This document shows, piece after piece, positions 1 to 9,195 of a DNA stretch of 58,986 bases. The notes under the pieces are model-generated. The model did no database searches, was not told the origin of the DNA, and was given only the letters and a program-made list of their open reading frames with translations. The first letter of the stretch is position 1, and each line of letters starts with the position of its first letter. The translations under genes and the position numbers were made by a program. Source of the DNA: Rubrivivax sp. (lineage in GTDB: Bacteria > Pseudomonadota > Gammaproteobacteria > Burkholderiales > Burkholderiaceae_C); the NCBI GenBank assembly GCA_043716775.1, contig JAYSYB010000045.1:1-58986 (forward strand), read 5' to 3'.

Positions 1-779
1 CTGCTGTTGCCCGCGTGGTGCATGTGCTGGATGCGTTCGACGGTGGTGTACTTGCGCAGCGCAGTGGCGTCGAAGCCCATGCCGCCCATCATGGCGAAGC
101 TGGCGTCAAGCTTGGCCATCGCTTCGCGCGACGCGCGTTCATCGACAACCGGGCGGATGGTTTCGTCGCGGTCCAGCATCAAGAGGCCGGCGATGTCATG
201 CACGGGAATCAGGCTCTTCGCAAAGTGCCCGGCCGCACGCGCTGCGGCGGCCTTGGCGTGTGAGCGCAGCGCGAAGGCGTCCACGTCCGCGCGCGCCCAG
301 CCTTCCAGCGTGGCGATGAGGTCGGCGCCTACACCCTGCGGCACGAAGCCCAGCTTCTGGTTGATGCGTGGGTCCATGAACCAGGCACCACCGTCGCTGC
401 CCATGGCCCAGCGGCTCATGCTTTCGACACCGCCGGCCACGACAAGGTCTTCAAAGCCGCTGGCCACCTTGGCGGCCGCCAGGTTCACGCTTTCCAGGCC
501 CGACGCGCAGAAGCGGCTTTGCGTCACGCCGGCCACCGTCTGCGACCACTCGGCGTCAAGCACGGCGGTGCGTGCGATGTCGGCGCCCTGTTCGCCCACG
601 GGTGTGACGCAGCCCAGCACCACGTCGTCCACCAGTGCGGTGTCAAGCTGGCAACGTCGCTGCAGGGCTAGCAGCAAAGTCCGCAGCAGCCACACGGGGC
701 TGGCCTGGTGCAGGCTGCCGTCTCGTCTGCCCTTGCCACGCGGTGTGCGCACGTGATCAAAGATGAATGCGTCGCCCAT
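1..779 (-). CDS. Acetyl-CoA C-acyltransferase (thiolase), 3' end runs off the window
   Basis: Manual translation from ATG at 779: MGDAFIFDHVRTPRGKG...DDVVLGCVTPVGEQGADIAR, ending HHAGNS at the window edge. These are thiolase motifs. Not in the ORF track because it lacks a stop inside the window. Confidence 0.92.
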   Translation of the reverse strand, partial: MGDAFIFDHVRTPRGKGRRDGSLHQASPVWLLRTLLLALQRRCQLDTALVDDVVLGCVTPVGEQGADIARTAVLDAEWSQTVAGVTQSRFCASGLESVNLAAAKVASGFEDLVVAGGVESMSRWAMGSDGGAWFMDPRINQKLGFVPQGVGADLIATLEGWARADVDAFALRSHAKAAAARAAGHFAKSLIPVHDIAGLLMLDRDETIRPVVDERASREAMAKLDASFAMMGGMGFDATALRKYTTVERIQHMHHAGNS

Positions 780-793
780 GGTGTGGGAACCTT

Positions 794-1270
794 TCAGCGT
801 TCAGAAAGATGCTTGCGCACCGCGCCATTGATAACGCGCAATTCCGCGAGTGAAGCGTCGATGTGCGCGCGCTTGGTTTCGAGCAGGGCGATGGCCTTGT
901 CGGTGCGGTCCAGCACAAACTTCATCTGCTGCACCCGGCCTTCGCCGTGCGCGCCGTACAGGTCGAGGTAGTGCTTGATCTCGGCCAGGCTTGCACCGAT
1001 GGCCTTGCTGCGCAGGATCAGCGCCAGCCGCGCACGGTCGCGCTTGCTGTAGACGCGGGTGCCGTTGATGCGCCGCGGCTGCAGCAGGGACTTGTCTTCG
1101 TAGAAGCGGATGGTGCGCAGCGTGATGCCGAATTCGCGGCACAGTTCGGTGATGCCGAAGAGTTCGCTGCTGCTTTCGTCGCGGTGTGAATCCACCATCT
1201 CCTGCGCGGACGCAGCGGACGCAGCGGACGCAGCGGCAGTGCCGCGCTTGCGGGCGACGGCCTGGAGCAC
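794..1270 (-). CDS. MerR-family transcriptional regulator, LiuR-like
   Basis: ITELCREFGITLRTIRFYED...RVYSKRDRARLALILR...SLAEIKHYLDLY is a MerR HTH of the LiuR type. Start uncertain (GTG 1270 or ATG 1198). Confidence 0.88.
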   Translation of the reverse strand: MLQAVARKRGTAAASAASAASAQEMVDSHRDESSSELFGITELCREFGITLRTIRFYEDKSLLQPRRINGTRVYSKRDRARLALILRSKAIGASLAEIKHYLDLYGAHGEGRVQQMKFVLDRTDKAIALLETKRAHIDASLAELRVINGAVRKHLSER

Positions 1271-1272
1271 GC

Positions 1273-1569
1273 TTACACCACGCGCTGCAGTTTCATGGCC
1301 ACGCTCATGTCGCCGCTGACCTTGAACTTACCCATCATGAAGCCGGTGGTGGGCTCCAGTTCACCCGTCATCAAGGCGGCCAGGTTCTGGAGCGTGATGG
1401 CCACGGTGCAGTCGGCGTCGGTGCTGGCGTTGCTGACCGTGTTGGGTGCGCTCTTGCCGTCGATGAACACCACGCCGTCGGCGCCGCAGTCAAACTTCAG
1501 CGTGGCGTTCAGGCCGCTGGAATCTCCCACCTTGGCGCGGATGGCTTCGGTGCAGGCTTGCAGGTCCAT
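1273..1569 (-). CDS. SCP2 sterol/lipid-binding domain protein
   Basis: 98 aa with the C-terminal SCP2 signature FMMGKFKVSGDMSVAMKL. Confidence 0.9.
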   Translation of the reverse strand: MDLQACTEAIRAKVGDSSGLNATLKFDCGADGVVFIDGKSAPNTVSNASTDADCTVAITLQNLAALMTGELEPTTGFMMGKFKVSGDMSVAMKLQRVV

Positions 1570-1664
1570 GAGGCTTTCCTTCTGAGGGCTGGGGTGGGAA
1601 TGGCCGTCATCGTAGCGGCGCGGCCTGCCGTGAAGATTCTCGTAATCACTTATATGTCATTCAA

Positions 1665-1680
1665 TTGACGTTAACGTTAC
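1665..1680. promoter_or_regulatory. Putative LiuR-type operator (palindrome) in a divergent promoter region
   Basis: TTGACGTTAACGTTAC with a perfect core palindrome ACGTTAACGT (1668-1677). Resembles the TTACGT-N2-ACGTAA LiuR box and lies beside a LiuR-like gene. Confidence 0.65.
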
Positions 1681-1762
1681 CGTGTCGCCTAATGCAGCTC
1701 CTTGCCTGCCAGCCCTTCCTGCGAACCCTTGCCTGCGCCTATTGCATGAGTCACCCCACCGC

Positions 1763-2641
1763 ATGACCGCTTCTGCCCACCCCCGCTACGCCAGCGTCTT
1801 CCGCCCGGGTCTGTTTGCCGGCCAACTGCACTGGGTGACCGGCGGCGGCAGCGGCATCGGTCGCTGCGTGGCGCATGAACTGGCGTCACTCGGCGCCACG
1901 GTGCTGATCAGTGGCCGCACGCAGGCCAAGCTCGACGCGGTGGCGGCCGAGATTGCTGAAGACGGCGGTGTCTGCCACACGGCGGCCTTCGACATCCGCG
2001 ACGAAGAAGCCGTGAAGGCTGGCGTGGCCGCAGTGCTGGCCGCGCACGGCCCGGTTACGGGCCTGGTCAACAACGCCGGCGGGCAGTTTCCGGCGCCGCT
2101 GCTGGCCATCAGCAAGAAAGGTTTCGACGCGGTGGTGTCCAACAACCTGACCGGCGGCTTTCTGATGATGCGCGAACTGTTCACGCAGTGCATGCAGGCC
2201 AACGGTGGTGCGGTGGTGAACATGACAGCCGACTTCCGCAACGGCATGCCCGGCATGGGCCACAGCGGCGCGGCGCGTGCAGGCATGAGCAACCTGACGG
2301 CCACAGCGGCTTTCGAGTGGGCGCATGCCGGTGTGCGCGTCAATGCGGTGGCGCCGGGCTGGATTGCCAGCAGCGGCCTGGACACCTACGGCGGCGCGAT
2401 GAAGTCGATCATCCCGAAGCTGAGGGCGCATGTCCCGCTGCGCCGTATGGGCGTGGAAGCCGAGGTCAGCGGCGCCATCGTTTTCCTGCTGTCGCCGGCG
2501 GCCAGCTTCATCACGGGCGTGACGCTGCAGATCGACGGCGCGGCTTCACTGGGCAGCGAGATCTTTCCGCTGGGCGCTGAAGCGCGGTCAACGCCTTTTG
2601 ATGGTTTCCACCGCGCGGTCACGCCCGAGGTGCTGAAGTAA
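1763..2641 (+). CDS. atuB: SDR oxidoreductase, citronellol/citronellal dehydrogenase AtuB-like
   Basis: YASVFRPGLFAGQ..VTGGGSGIGRCVAHELA and NNAGGQF motifs; first gene of the atuBCDEF order. ATG 1763 chosen over the longer ORF-track start. Confidence 0.8.
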   Translation: MTASAHPRYASVFRPGLFAGQLHWVTGGGSGIGRCVAHELASLGATVLISGRTQAKLDAVAAEIAEDGGVCHTAAFDIRDEEAVKAGVAAVLAAHGPVTGLVNNAGGQFPAPLLAISKKGFDAVVSNNLTGGFLMMRELFTQCMQANGGAVVNMTADFRNGMPGMGHSGAARAGMSNLTATAAFEWAHAGVRVNAVAPGWIASSGLDTYGGAMKSIIPKLRAHVPLRRMGVEAEVSGAIVFLLSPAASFITGVTLQIDGAASLGSEIFPLGAEARSTPFDGFHRAVTPEVLK

Positions 2642-4251
2642 TGCCCGCGCTCGTCTCGCTGCTGGACCCGCGTTCGCCCGCCTTTGCGGCCAATGCCAGA
2701 CGCATGCAGGAACGCCTGATTGAGGTGACGGCACTGCAAGCCCAGGTGGTGGCGGAGTCGACAAGCAAGCGCGACAAGTTCGACAAACGCGGCCAGTTGC
2801 TGCCGCGTGAACGGGTGGCACGTTTGCTGGACCGTGGCAGCGAATTCCTGGAACTGAGCCCACTCGCCGGCTTGGGGATGCACGACGACGACGGCAAGAA
2901 GACCGTGATGGGCGGCGGCAGCATCGTCGGCATCGGCATCGTGGCGGCCAAGCGTGTGCTCATCAGCGCCAGCGACAGCGCCATCAAGGGCGGCACCATC
3001 GCGCCGATGGGTTTGAAGAAGGCACTGCGCGCACAAGAACTGGCGGCGCAGAACAAGCTGCCGCTGATTGCGCTGGTGGAAAGCGGCGGCGCCAACCTGA
3101 TGTACCAGGCAGAAATATTCGTCGATGGCGGCCGCGCCTTCGCCAACCAGGCGCGGTTGTCTGCCGCCGGCATCCCGCAGATCGCCGTCGTTCATGGCGC
3201 GTCCACTGCGGGCGGCGCCTACCTGCCGGGTTTGAGCGACTACGTGGTGCTGGTGAAGGGCCGCAGCAGCATCTACCTGGCCGGGCCGCCGCTGGTGAAG
3301 GCGGCCATCGGCGAAGACGCGTCGGAAGACGAACTGGGCGGCGCGCAGATGCACGCCGAGGTCACGGGCCTGGGCGAATACCTTGCCGACAACGACGAGC
3401 ACGCCATCGCGCTAACCCGTGAGTTGCTGGACAAACTGCCGTGGGACCTGGCGCCTTCTCCTGCTGCGGCGCCGGAGCCGCTCTACGCCGTTGACGAGCT
3501 GATGGGCATCGTGCCCGCCGACGAGCGCGAACCCTACGACGTGCGCGAAGTCATCGCGCGGCTGGTGGACGCGTCCGACTTCCTGGATTTCAAGGCGCCC
3601 TATGCACCCGACACGGTGTGCGGCCATGCGCGTCTGCATGGCCATGCCATCGGCGTCATCGGCAACAACGGCCCCATCCAACCCAGCGGCAGCACGAAGG
3701 CGGCGCAGTTCATCCAGCTCTGTGACCAGTCGGGCACGCCGCTCGTCTTTTTGCAGAACACCACTGGCTACATGGTGGGCAAGGCGGCCGAGCAGGCCGG
3801 TGCCATTAAACATGGCGCCAAGATGATCCAGGCGGTGGCGAACGCGCGCGTGCCGAAGTTCACCATCGTGCTCGGCGGCAGCTTCGGCGCCGGCAACTAC
3901 GGCATGTGCGGACGAGGTTTCGACCCGCGCTTCATCTTCGCCTGGCCGAGTGCGCGCACGGCGGTGATGGGCGGCGCGCAGGCGGCAAAGGTGATGGACA
4001 TCCTGAACCGCAGCAAGCTGGAACGGATGGGACTGCCCGCGAACGACGACGCGCTGGCCGCCATGAGCGACGCGCTAAAGAAGCGCCTGGACACTGAAAG
4101 CCACGTGCTCTTCGGCACCGCGCGGCTTTGGGATGACGGCGTCATCGACCCGCGCCACACGCGCCGCATCCTGGGTCTGTGCCTGGCGCTGGCGCAGGAG
4201 GCGCAACAACGACAGCTGCGGTCCAACACCTTTGGCGTCGCACGACTCTGA
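2641..4251 (+). CDS. atuC: Geranyl-CoA carboxylase beta (carboxyltransferase) subunit
   Basis: Carboxyltransferase motifs ESGGANL, TAGGAYLP, QNTTGYMVG, GAGNYGMCG; operon context. Confidence 0.85.
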   Translation: MPALVSLLDPRSPAFAANARRMQERLIEVTALQAQVVAESTSKRDKFDKRGQLLPRERVARLLDRGSEFLELSPLAGLGMHDDDGKKTVMGGGSIVGIGIVAAKRVLISASDSAIKGGTIAPMGLKKALRAQELAAQNKLPLIALVESGGANLMYQAEIFVDGGRAFANQARLSAAGIPQIAVVHGASTAGGAYLPGLSDYVVLVKGRSSIYLAGPPLVKAAIGEDASEDELGGAQMHAEVTGLGEYLADNDEHAIALTRELLDKLPWDLAPSPAAAPEPLYAVDELMGIVPADEREPYDVREVIARLVDASDFLDFKAPYAPDTVCGHARLHGHAIGVIGNNGPIQPSGSTKAAQFIQLCDQSGTPLVFLQNTTGYMVGKAAEQAGAIKHGAKMIQAVANARVPKFTIVLGGSFGAGNYGMCGRGFDPRFIFAWPSARTAVMGGAQAAKVMDILNRSKLERMGLPANDDALAAMSDALKKRLDTESHVLFGTARLWDDGVIDPRHTRRILGLCLALAQEAQQRQLRSNTFGVARL

Positions 4252-4277
4252 TTTTGCGAAATCCGCAGGAGACAGCC

Positions 4278-5432
4278 ATGAAATTTACCCCCGAACACCG
4301 CGCGCTCGAAGACACCGTCCTCAGGTTCTGCGACAAGGAAATCAACCCCTTCGTGCGTGAATGGGAAGCGAACGGCCAGTTCCCCGCGCACGAAGTTTTC
4401 AAGAAGCTGGGCAACCTCGGTCTGCTGGGCCTGAAGTACCCCGAAGAGTTTGGCGGGGCAGGGCTTGACTTCAGCTACAGCATGGTGATGGCCGAAGCCC
4501 TGGGCCAATGCAACTGCGGCGGTGTGCCGATGGCGATTGGCGTGCACACCGACATGGCCACCCCGGCACTCGCGCGGTTCGGCAGCGACGCGTTGCGCCA
4601 CGAATTCCTCACGCCGACGATCGCTGGCGACATCGTGGCCTGCCTGGGTGTCAGTGAGCCCAGCGGCGGCAGCGACGTGGCGGCGGTGAAGACCAGCGCC
4701 AAGAGCGACGGCAGCGACTACCTCATCAACGGCAGCAAGATGTGGATCACGAACGGCATGCAGGCCGACTGGTGCTGCCTGCTGGCCAATACCAGCGACG
4801 GCCCGCCGCACAAGAACAAGAGCCTGATCGTGGTGCCGATGGACACACCCGGCATCACGCGCCAGAAGATCCACAAGATCGGCATGCACAGCAGCGACAC
4901 GGCGCAGCTGTTCTTCGACAACGTGCGCGTGCCGAAGAAGAACGTCATCGGCCAGGAAGGACTGGGCTTCACCTTCCAGATGCTGCAGTTTCAGGAAGAG
5001 CGGCTGTACGCCGCTGCCGGGTCGCTGCGCAGCCTGGACCGGTTGATCGACCAGACGATTGACTACACACGGCAGCGCATGGCTTTCGGCAAGCGCATCC
5101 TCGACAACCAGGTCGTGCACTACCGTCTGGCCGAACTGCGGACTGAAGTGGAAGCGCTGCGCGCGCTGACCTACCGCGCAGTGGAGATGTACGTCAGCGG
5201 CAAGGACGTGACGAAGCTGGCGAGCATGGCCAAGCTGAAGTGCGGTCGGCTGAGCCGCGAGGTGACCGACGCTTGTTTGCAATATTGGGGCGGCATGGGC
5301 TTCACGGCCGACAACCCCATCTCGCAGGCCTACCGCGATTCGCGCTTGATCTCGATTGGCGGCGGCGCTGACGAAGTGATGCTGGGCATCATCTGCAAAC
5401 TCGAAGGCACGCTGCCGGGGAAGAGTTTGTGA
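4278..5432 (+). CDS. atuD: Acyl-CoA dehydrogenase, citronellyl-CoA dehydrogenase AtuD-like
   Basis: SEPSGGSDV, NGSKMWITNG, SIGGGADEVM motifs; AGGAG RBS before ATG 4278. Confidence 0.85.
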   Translation: MKFTPEHRALEDTVLRFCDKEINPFVREWEANGQFPAHEVFKKLGNLGLLGLKYPEEFGGAGLDFSYSMVMAEALGQCNCGGVPMAIGVHTDMATPALARFGSDALRHEFLTPTIAGDIVACLGVSEPSGGSDVAAVKTSAKSDGSDYLINGSKMWITNGMQADWCCLLANTSDGPPHKNKSLIVVPMDTPGITRQKIHKIGMHSSDTAQLFFDNVRVPKKNVIGQEGLGFTFQMLQFQEERLYAAAGSLRSLDRLIDQTIDYTRQRMAFGKRILDNQVVHYRLAELRTEVEALRALTYRAVEMYVSGKDVTKLASMAKLKCGRLSREVTDACLQYWGGMGFTADNPISQAYRDSRLISIGGGADEVMLGIICKLEGTLPGKSL

Positions 5433-5521
5433 GCGGGCCGAGCGCTGGGCCGCTCCCGAGCCGGCCCGCATCCCCTCGGGGGATCGAACGGCGTACTTGC
5501 CGGGCGAGGGGCTTGCAATGA
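5429..5521 (+). repeat. Hairpin-containing intergenic element read as a 30-aa mini-ORF overlapping both flanking genes
   Basis: GTGA overlap with the atuD stop and ATGA overlap with the atuE start; internal hairpin ATCCCC-TCG-GGGGAT; similar layout to 43018-43092. Confidence 0.55.
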
Positions 5522-6339
5522 GTGTGGAATTGGCCGTCTTCAAGACGCTGGCGCTGCGGCGCGAAGACGGTGTCTTGCACGTCACGCTAAACCGGCCCAA
5601 CGTGCGGAATGCGATGTCGATGGCGATGGTGCGTGAACTGCGGGTGGTGCTGGCGCAGGCCGAGATGCGCTGCGGCACTGACGACGGGGTGCGCGTCATC
5701 GTGTTGCGCGGCGCGGGCGGGCATTTCTGCGCCGGTGCCGATCTGTCGGACATGGCGGCGGCAAGGATCAAGCTGCAGGACGACCCGCAGGCGCTGGTGC
5801 AGACCAACGCGGCCTTCGGCGATTTGTGCGTCGCGTTTGCCGACACCGGCATCGCAACGGTGGCAGTCGTCGAAGGCATTTGCATGGGCGGCGGCTTCGG
5901 TCTGGCTTGCGTTGCCGACGTGACCTTGGCGACGGATAGCGCGAACTTCCGTTTGCCGGAGACATCACTGGGCCTGGTGCCGGCGCAGATCGGGCCCTTC
6001 CTGGTCGAACGGCTGGGTTACGCCGAAGCCAAGCGCCTGGCTGTCACAGGCGGGACTCTCGGCGCGCAGGCTGCGCTGGCGCTTCGGCTGGTGCATGAGG
6101 TGCATGCGGTGGAAACCATCGACGTGGCGCTGACGCGCGTGTTGAGCGGCATCCTGCAATGCGCGCCGGGCGCTGTTGCAGCCAGCAAGGCGCTGATCGC
6201 GAAAGCGCGTTTTCAATCGCCGGCGGCGTTGGTGCAGGAAGCGGCGGCCGTGTTTTCGTGTGCTGCGCTGGGGCCCGAGGGCATCGAAGGCACGACCGCG
6301 TTCCTGCAGAAACGCAAGGCGTCGTGGGTGCCTTCGTGA
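5518..6339 (+). CDS. atuE: Enoyl-CoA hydratase, isohexenylglutaconyl-CoA hydratase AtuE-like
   Basis: Crotonase motifs LNRPNVRNAM, FCAGADL, GGGFGL, LPETSLG; located between atuD and atuF. Confidence 0.82.
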   Translation: MSVELAVFKTLALRREDGVLHVTLNRPNVRNAMSMAMVRELRVVLAQAEMRCGTDDGVRVIVLRGAGGHFCAGADLSDMAAARIKLQDDPQALVQTNAAFGDLCVAFADTGIATVAVVEGICMGGGFGLACVADVTLATDSANFRLPETSLGLVPAQIGPFLVERLGYAEAKRLAVTGGTLGAQAALALRLVHEVHAVETIDVALTRVLSGILQCAPGAVAASKALIAKARFQSPAALVQEAAAVFSCAALGPEGIEGTTAFLQKRKASWVPS

Positions 6340-8243
6340 GCTTCAGCAAGATCCTCATTGCCAACCGCGGCGAAATCGCCTGCCGCGTCATCCGCACCGC
6401 GCACCGGCTGGGCTATCGCACGGTGGCGGTTTACAGCGACACTGATGCGACTGCGCTGCACGTGCGGCAGGCCGACGAAGCGGTGCGCATCGGCCCGGCG
6501 CCGGCGGCCGAGTCCTACTTGAACATGGCTGCGCTGCTGAAAGCTGCGGCGCTGACGGGTGCCGACGCGGTGCACCCCGGCTATGGTTTCCTGAGTGAAC
6601 GCGCCGACTTCGCACAAGCCTGCGCCGACGCAGGCATGGTCTTCATCGGCCCGCCGCCTGCCGCCATCCGCGAGATGGGCGACAAGGCGCGCGCCAAGCG
6701 GCGCATGGTCGAGGCTGGCGTGCCTTGCGCGCCTGGCTACCTGGGTGACGATCAGAGCGACGCGACGCTTGCGCAGGAAGCGGCGAAGCTCGGCTTGCCA
6801 CTGCTCGTCAAGGCGGTGGCCGGTGGCGGCGGCCGCGGCATGCGGCTGGTGCGCGCGATGTCCGAGTTGCCCGAGGCCATCGCCAGCGCCCGCCGCGAAG
6901 CACGAAGCGCTTTTGGCGACGACACGCTGATGCTGGAGCGATTGATCGACAACGGCCGCCACATTGAAATCCAGATCTTTGCCGACGCCCACGGTCACGC
7001 CGTGCACCTGGGCGAACGCGACTGCACAGCGCAGCGGCGGCGGCAGAAAGTGATCGAAGAAGCGCCGTCGCCCGTGGTCAGCCCCGCGATGCGCGCCGCG
7101 ATGGGCCGCGACGCCGTGGCCACCGCTGTGGCCGTGGGCTACCAGGGCGCAGGCACGGTGGAGTTCATCGTCGATGCGAACCTGAAGCACTACTTCCTGG
7201 AGATGAACACCCGGCTGCAGGTGGAGCACCCGGTCACCGAATGCATCACCGGCCTGGACCTGGTGGAGTGGCAGTTGCGCGTGGCTGCAGGCGAACCGTT
7301 GCCGCTGACGCAGGAACAGATCACGTTTACCGGTCACGCCATCGAAGCGCGGCTGTACGCCGAAGACCCCTACGACGGCTGGAAGCCGCAGACCGGGCGC
7401 ATCGCAGGCTGGCAGCCAAAGTGCACTGACATCCGTATCGATCACGGCATTGAAGAAGGCGGCGAAGTCGCGCCCTACTACGACGCGATGCTGGCCAAGT
7501 TCATCGCTCACGGCCGCGACCGCGCTGACGCGGTGCGGCGGCTGACACGTGCGCTGGAAGAGGTGCCGCTGCTGGGCCTGCGCAACAACGGCGGCTTTCT
7601 GCGCGACCTGATCCAGCACCCGCAGTTCACGGCGGCGCAGATGAGCACGACGCGGCTTGATGAGTGGGCTGCCAGTGGTGAGCCCTTGCTGCAACGCGCC
7701 GCGCCACCCGATGCCGCTTGGCGCATTGCCGCCGCGTTGCTGGCTGGGCAGGGTGCCCAGCGGCCGGCGAGCGTGGCGGCTTTCGATTTGACGCTGTCGT
7801 GCCAAAACGAGAAGCGTGTGCAGCGCGCACCCGACCCGGCGGTGCAGCTGCTGTCGTGGACCGGTGCGCAGGCGGTCATCGCCATCGACGGCGTGCAGCG
7901 GCGGGTCACGGCCGCGTTGTCCGGCGGCACGCTGTACCTGGCGCTGGAAGGCCATATCTTCCAGTTTGAAGAGCCGTCCCCTTACCCCGCCACCGACCCC
8001 GCCACCGACCCCAGCCGCGCCCGCGCGCCCGTGGCCGGCGTGGTGGCGCAGGTGTCGGTGCAACCTGGTGATGTGGTGGCCGCTGGCCAGTCGCTCGTCT
8101 GCGTCGAGGCCATGAAGATGGAAATGTGGTTGCACGCCGGCGCGGCGGGCACCGTGCGCGCCGTGCACGTCAAGTGGAAAGACTCGGTGGCTGCAGGCAC
8201 AGTGCTTGTTGAGTTGCAGACAGAACTGGAGATTACGCCATGA
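6336..8243 (+). CDS. atuF: Geranyl-CoA carboxylase alpha subunit (biotin carboxylase + biotin carrier)
   Basis: KILIANRGEIA, HPGYGFLSE, EMNTRLQVEHPVTE and the biotinylation motif EAMKM; GTG start overlaps the atuE stop. Confidence 0.88.
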   Translation: MSFSKILIANRGEIACRVIRTAHRLGYRTVAVYSDTDATALHVRQADEAVRIGPAPAAESYLNMAALLKAAALTGADAVHPGYGFLSERADFAQACADAGMVFIGPPPAAIREMGDKARAKRRMVEAGVPCAPGYLGDDQSDATLAQEAAKLGLPLLVKAVAGGGGRGMRLVRAMSELPEAIASARREARSAFGDDTLMLERLIDNGRHIEIQIFADAHGHAVHLGERDCTAQRRRQKVIEEAPSPVVSPAMRAAMGRDAVATAVAVGYQGAGTVEFIVDANLKHYFLEMNTRLQVEHPVTECITGLDLVEWQLRVAAGEPLPLTQEQITFTGHAIEARLYAEDPYDGWKPQTGRIAGWQPKCTDIRIDHGIEEGGEVAPYYDAMLAKFIAHGRDRADAVRRLTRALEEVPLLGLRNNGGFLRDLIQHPQFTAAQMSTTRLDEWAASGEPLLQRAAPPDAAWRIAAALLAGQGAQRPASVAAFDLTLSCQNEKRVQRAPDPAVQLLSWTGAQAVIAIDGVQRRVTAALSGGTLYLALEGHIFQFEEPSPYPATDPATDPSRARAPVAGVVAQVSVQPGDVVAAGQSLVCVEAMKMEMWLHAGAAGTVRAVHVKWKDSVAAGTVLVELQTELEITP

Positions 8244-9130
8244 GCAGCAACAACGCCATCCTCACCTGCGCACTCACTGGGGTGCTGACCAACCCGCAGC
8301 AGCACCCGGTGCCCGTCACGCCGGCGCAGATGGCGGCTGAGGCGCGCGACGCCTTCAACGCCGGCGCCAGCATCATGCATGTGCACCTGCGCAGCCAGGA
8401 AAGTGGCTTCGGCCACATGCCCAGCTGGGACCCGGACGTGGCGCAGTCGGTCTGCGACGCCATCCGCGCCGCCTGCCCGGGCGTCATCATCAACCTGACC
8501 ACGGGTGTGATCGGCAAGGACATCAGCGGCCCGAAGTCTTGTCTGGAGCGGGTGAAGCCCGAGATCGCGGCCTGCAACGCGGGCACGCTGAATTACCTGA
8601 AGATCAAGCACAACGGCGAATGGGCCTGGCCGCCAATGGTCTTCGACAACCCGGTGGCCAAGGTCCAGCAGTTTCTGGACGTGATGGCTGCCTGCGGCAC
8701 GCACCCGGAATTTGAGTGCTTCGACATTGGCATCCTGCGCAGCGTAGGCATGTACCTGAAAGCCGGCATGTTCAGCGGCGTGCCCGAAGTCAATTTCGTC
8801 ATGGGAGTCGCCAGCGGCATGCCTTGCGATGCCGACCTGCTGGCACTGTTGCCGCGCTATGCGCCCTTGGGCGCGGTGTGGCAGACCACGCTCATTGGCC
8901 GCAGCGAAATATGGCCTGTGCACCAGAAGACAGCCGACCTGGGCGGCAACCTGCGCAGCGGGCTGGAGGACACCTTCTACCTGCCGGGTGGTGAGCGCGC
9001 CACCGGCAACGGCGTTCTGATCGAAGCCTTGGCGGCCTGCGCGCGGCGGGCCGGACGCGGCATTGCGTCGCCGGCTGAGGCGCGCCAGCGGCTTGGCCTG
9101 AAGGCTTGTGCGGGCGGCTTGATCCGCTAG
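8240..9130 (+). CDS. Beta-keto acid cleavage enzyme (BKACE / 3-keto-5-aminohexanoate cleavage family)
   Basis: ILTCALTG, AGASIMHVHLR, RSGLEDTFY and ASPAEARQRLG are DUF849/BKACE motifs. Confidence 0.88.
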   Translation: MSSNNAILTCALTGVLTNPQQHPVPVTPAQMAAEARDAFNAGASIMHVHLRSQESGFGHMPSWDPDVAQSVCDAIRAACPGVIINLTTGVIGKDISGPKSCLERVKPEIAACNAGTLNYLKIKHNGEWAWPPMVFDNPVAKVQQFLDVMAACGTHPEFECFDIGILRSVGMYLKAGMFSGVPEVNFVMGVASGMPCDADLLALLPRYAPLGAVWQTTLIGRSEIWPVHQKTADLGGNLRSGLEDTFYLPGGERATGNGVLIEALAACARRAGRGIASPAEARQRLGLKACAGGLIR

Positions 9131-9146
9131 GCAGTGGCCCCATCTA
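9118..9146 (+). promoter_or_regulatory. Putative sigma32 (RpoH) promoter
   Basis: CTTGAT (9118-9123), 14-nt spacer, CCCCATCTA (9138-9146) versus consensus CTTGAA-N13-15-CCCCATNTA; about 50 nt upstream of the HtrA-like gene. Confidence 0.65.
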
Positions 9147-9195
9147 AGGGTTTCTGGCAGCACGCGGGATCACTTCCCCCGCTGCGCCCTGACCC

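Noticed and set aside
1206-1236. 9-nt tandem repeat (GCGGACGCA x3) in the MerR 5' region
   Set aside because: In-frame low-complexity Ala/Ser linker; no sign of phase variation.
7985-8012. 12-nt duplication encoding PATDPATDP in atuF
   Set aside because: In-frame duplication in the flexible linker before the biotin domain.
3897-8168. Long antisense and alternative-frame ORFs (e.g. 3897-5885 -, 6213-8168 -, and similar ones across the window)
   Set aside because: Shadow ORFs of high-GC coding genes, with no recognisable motifs.
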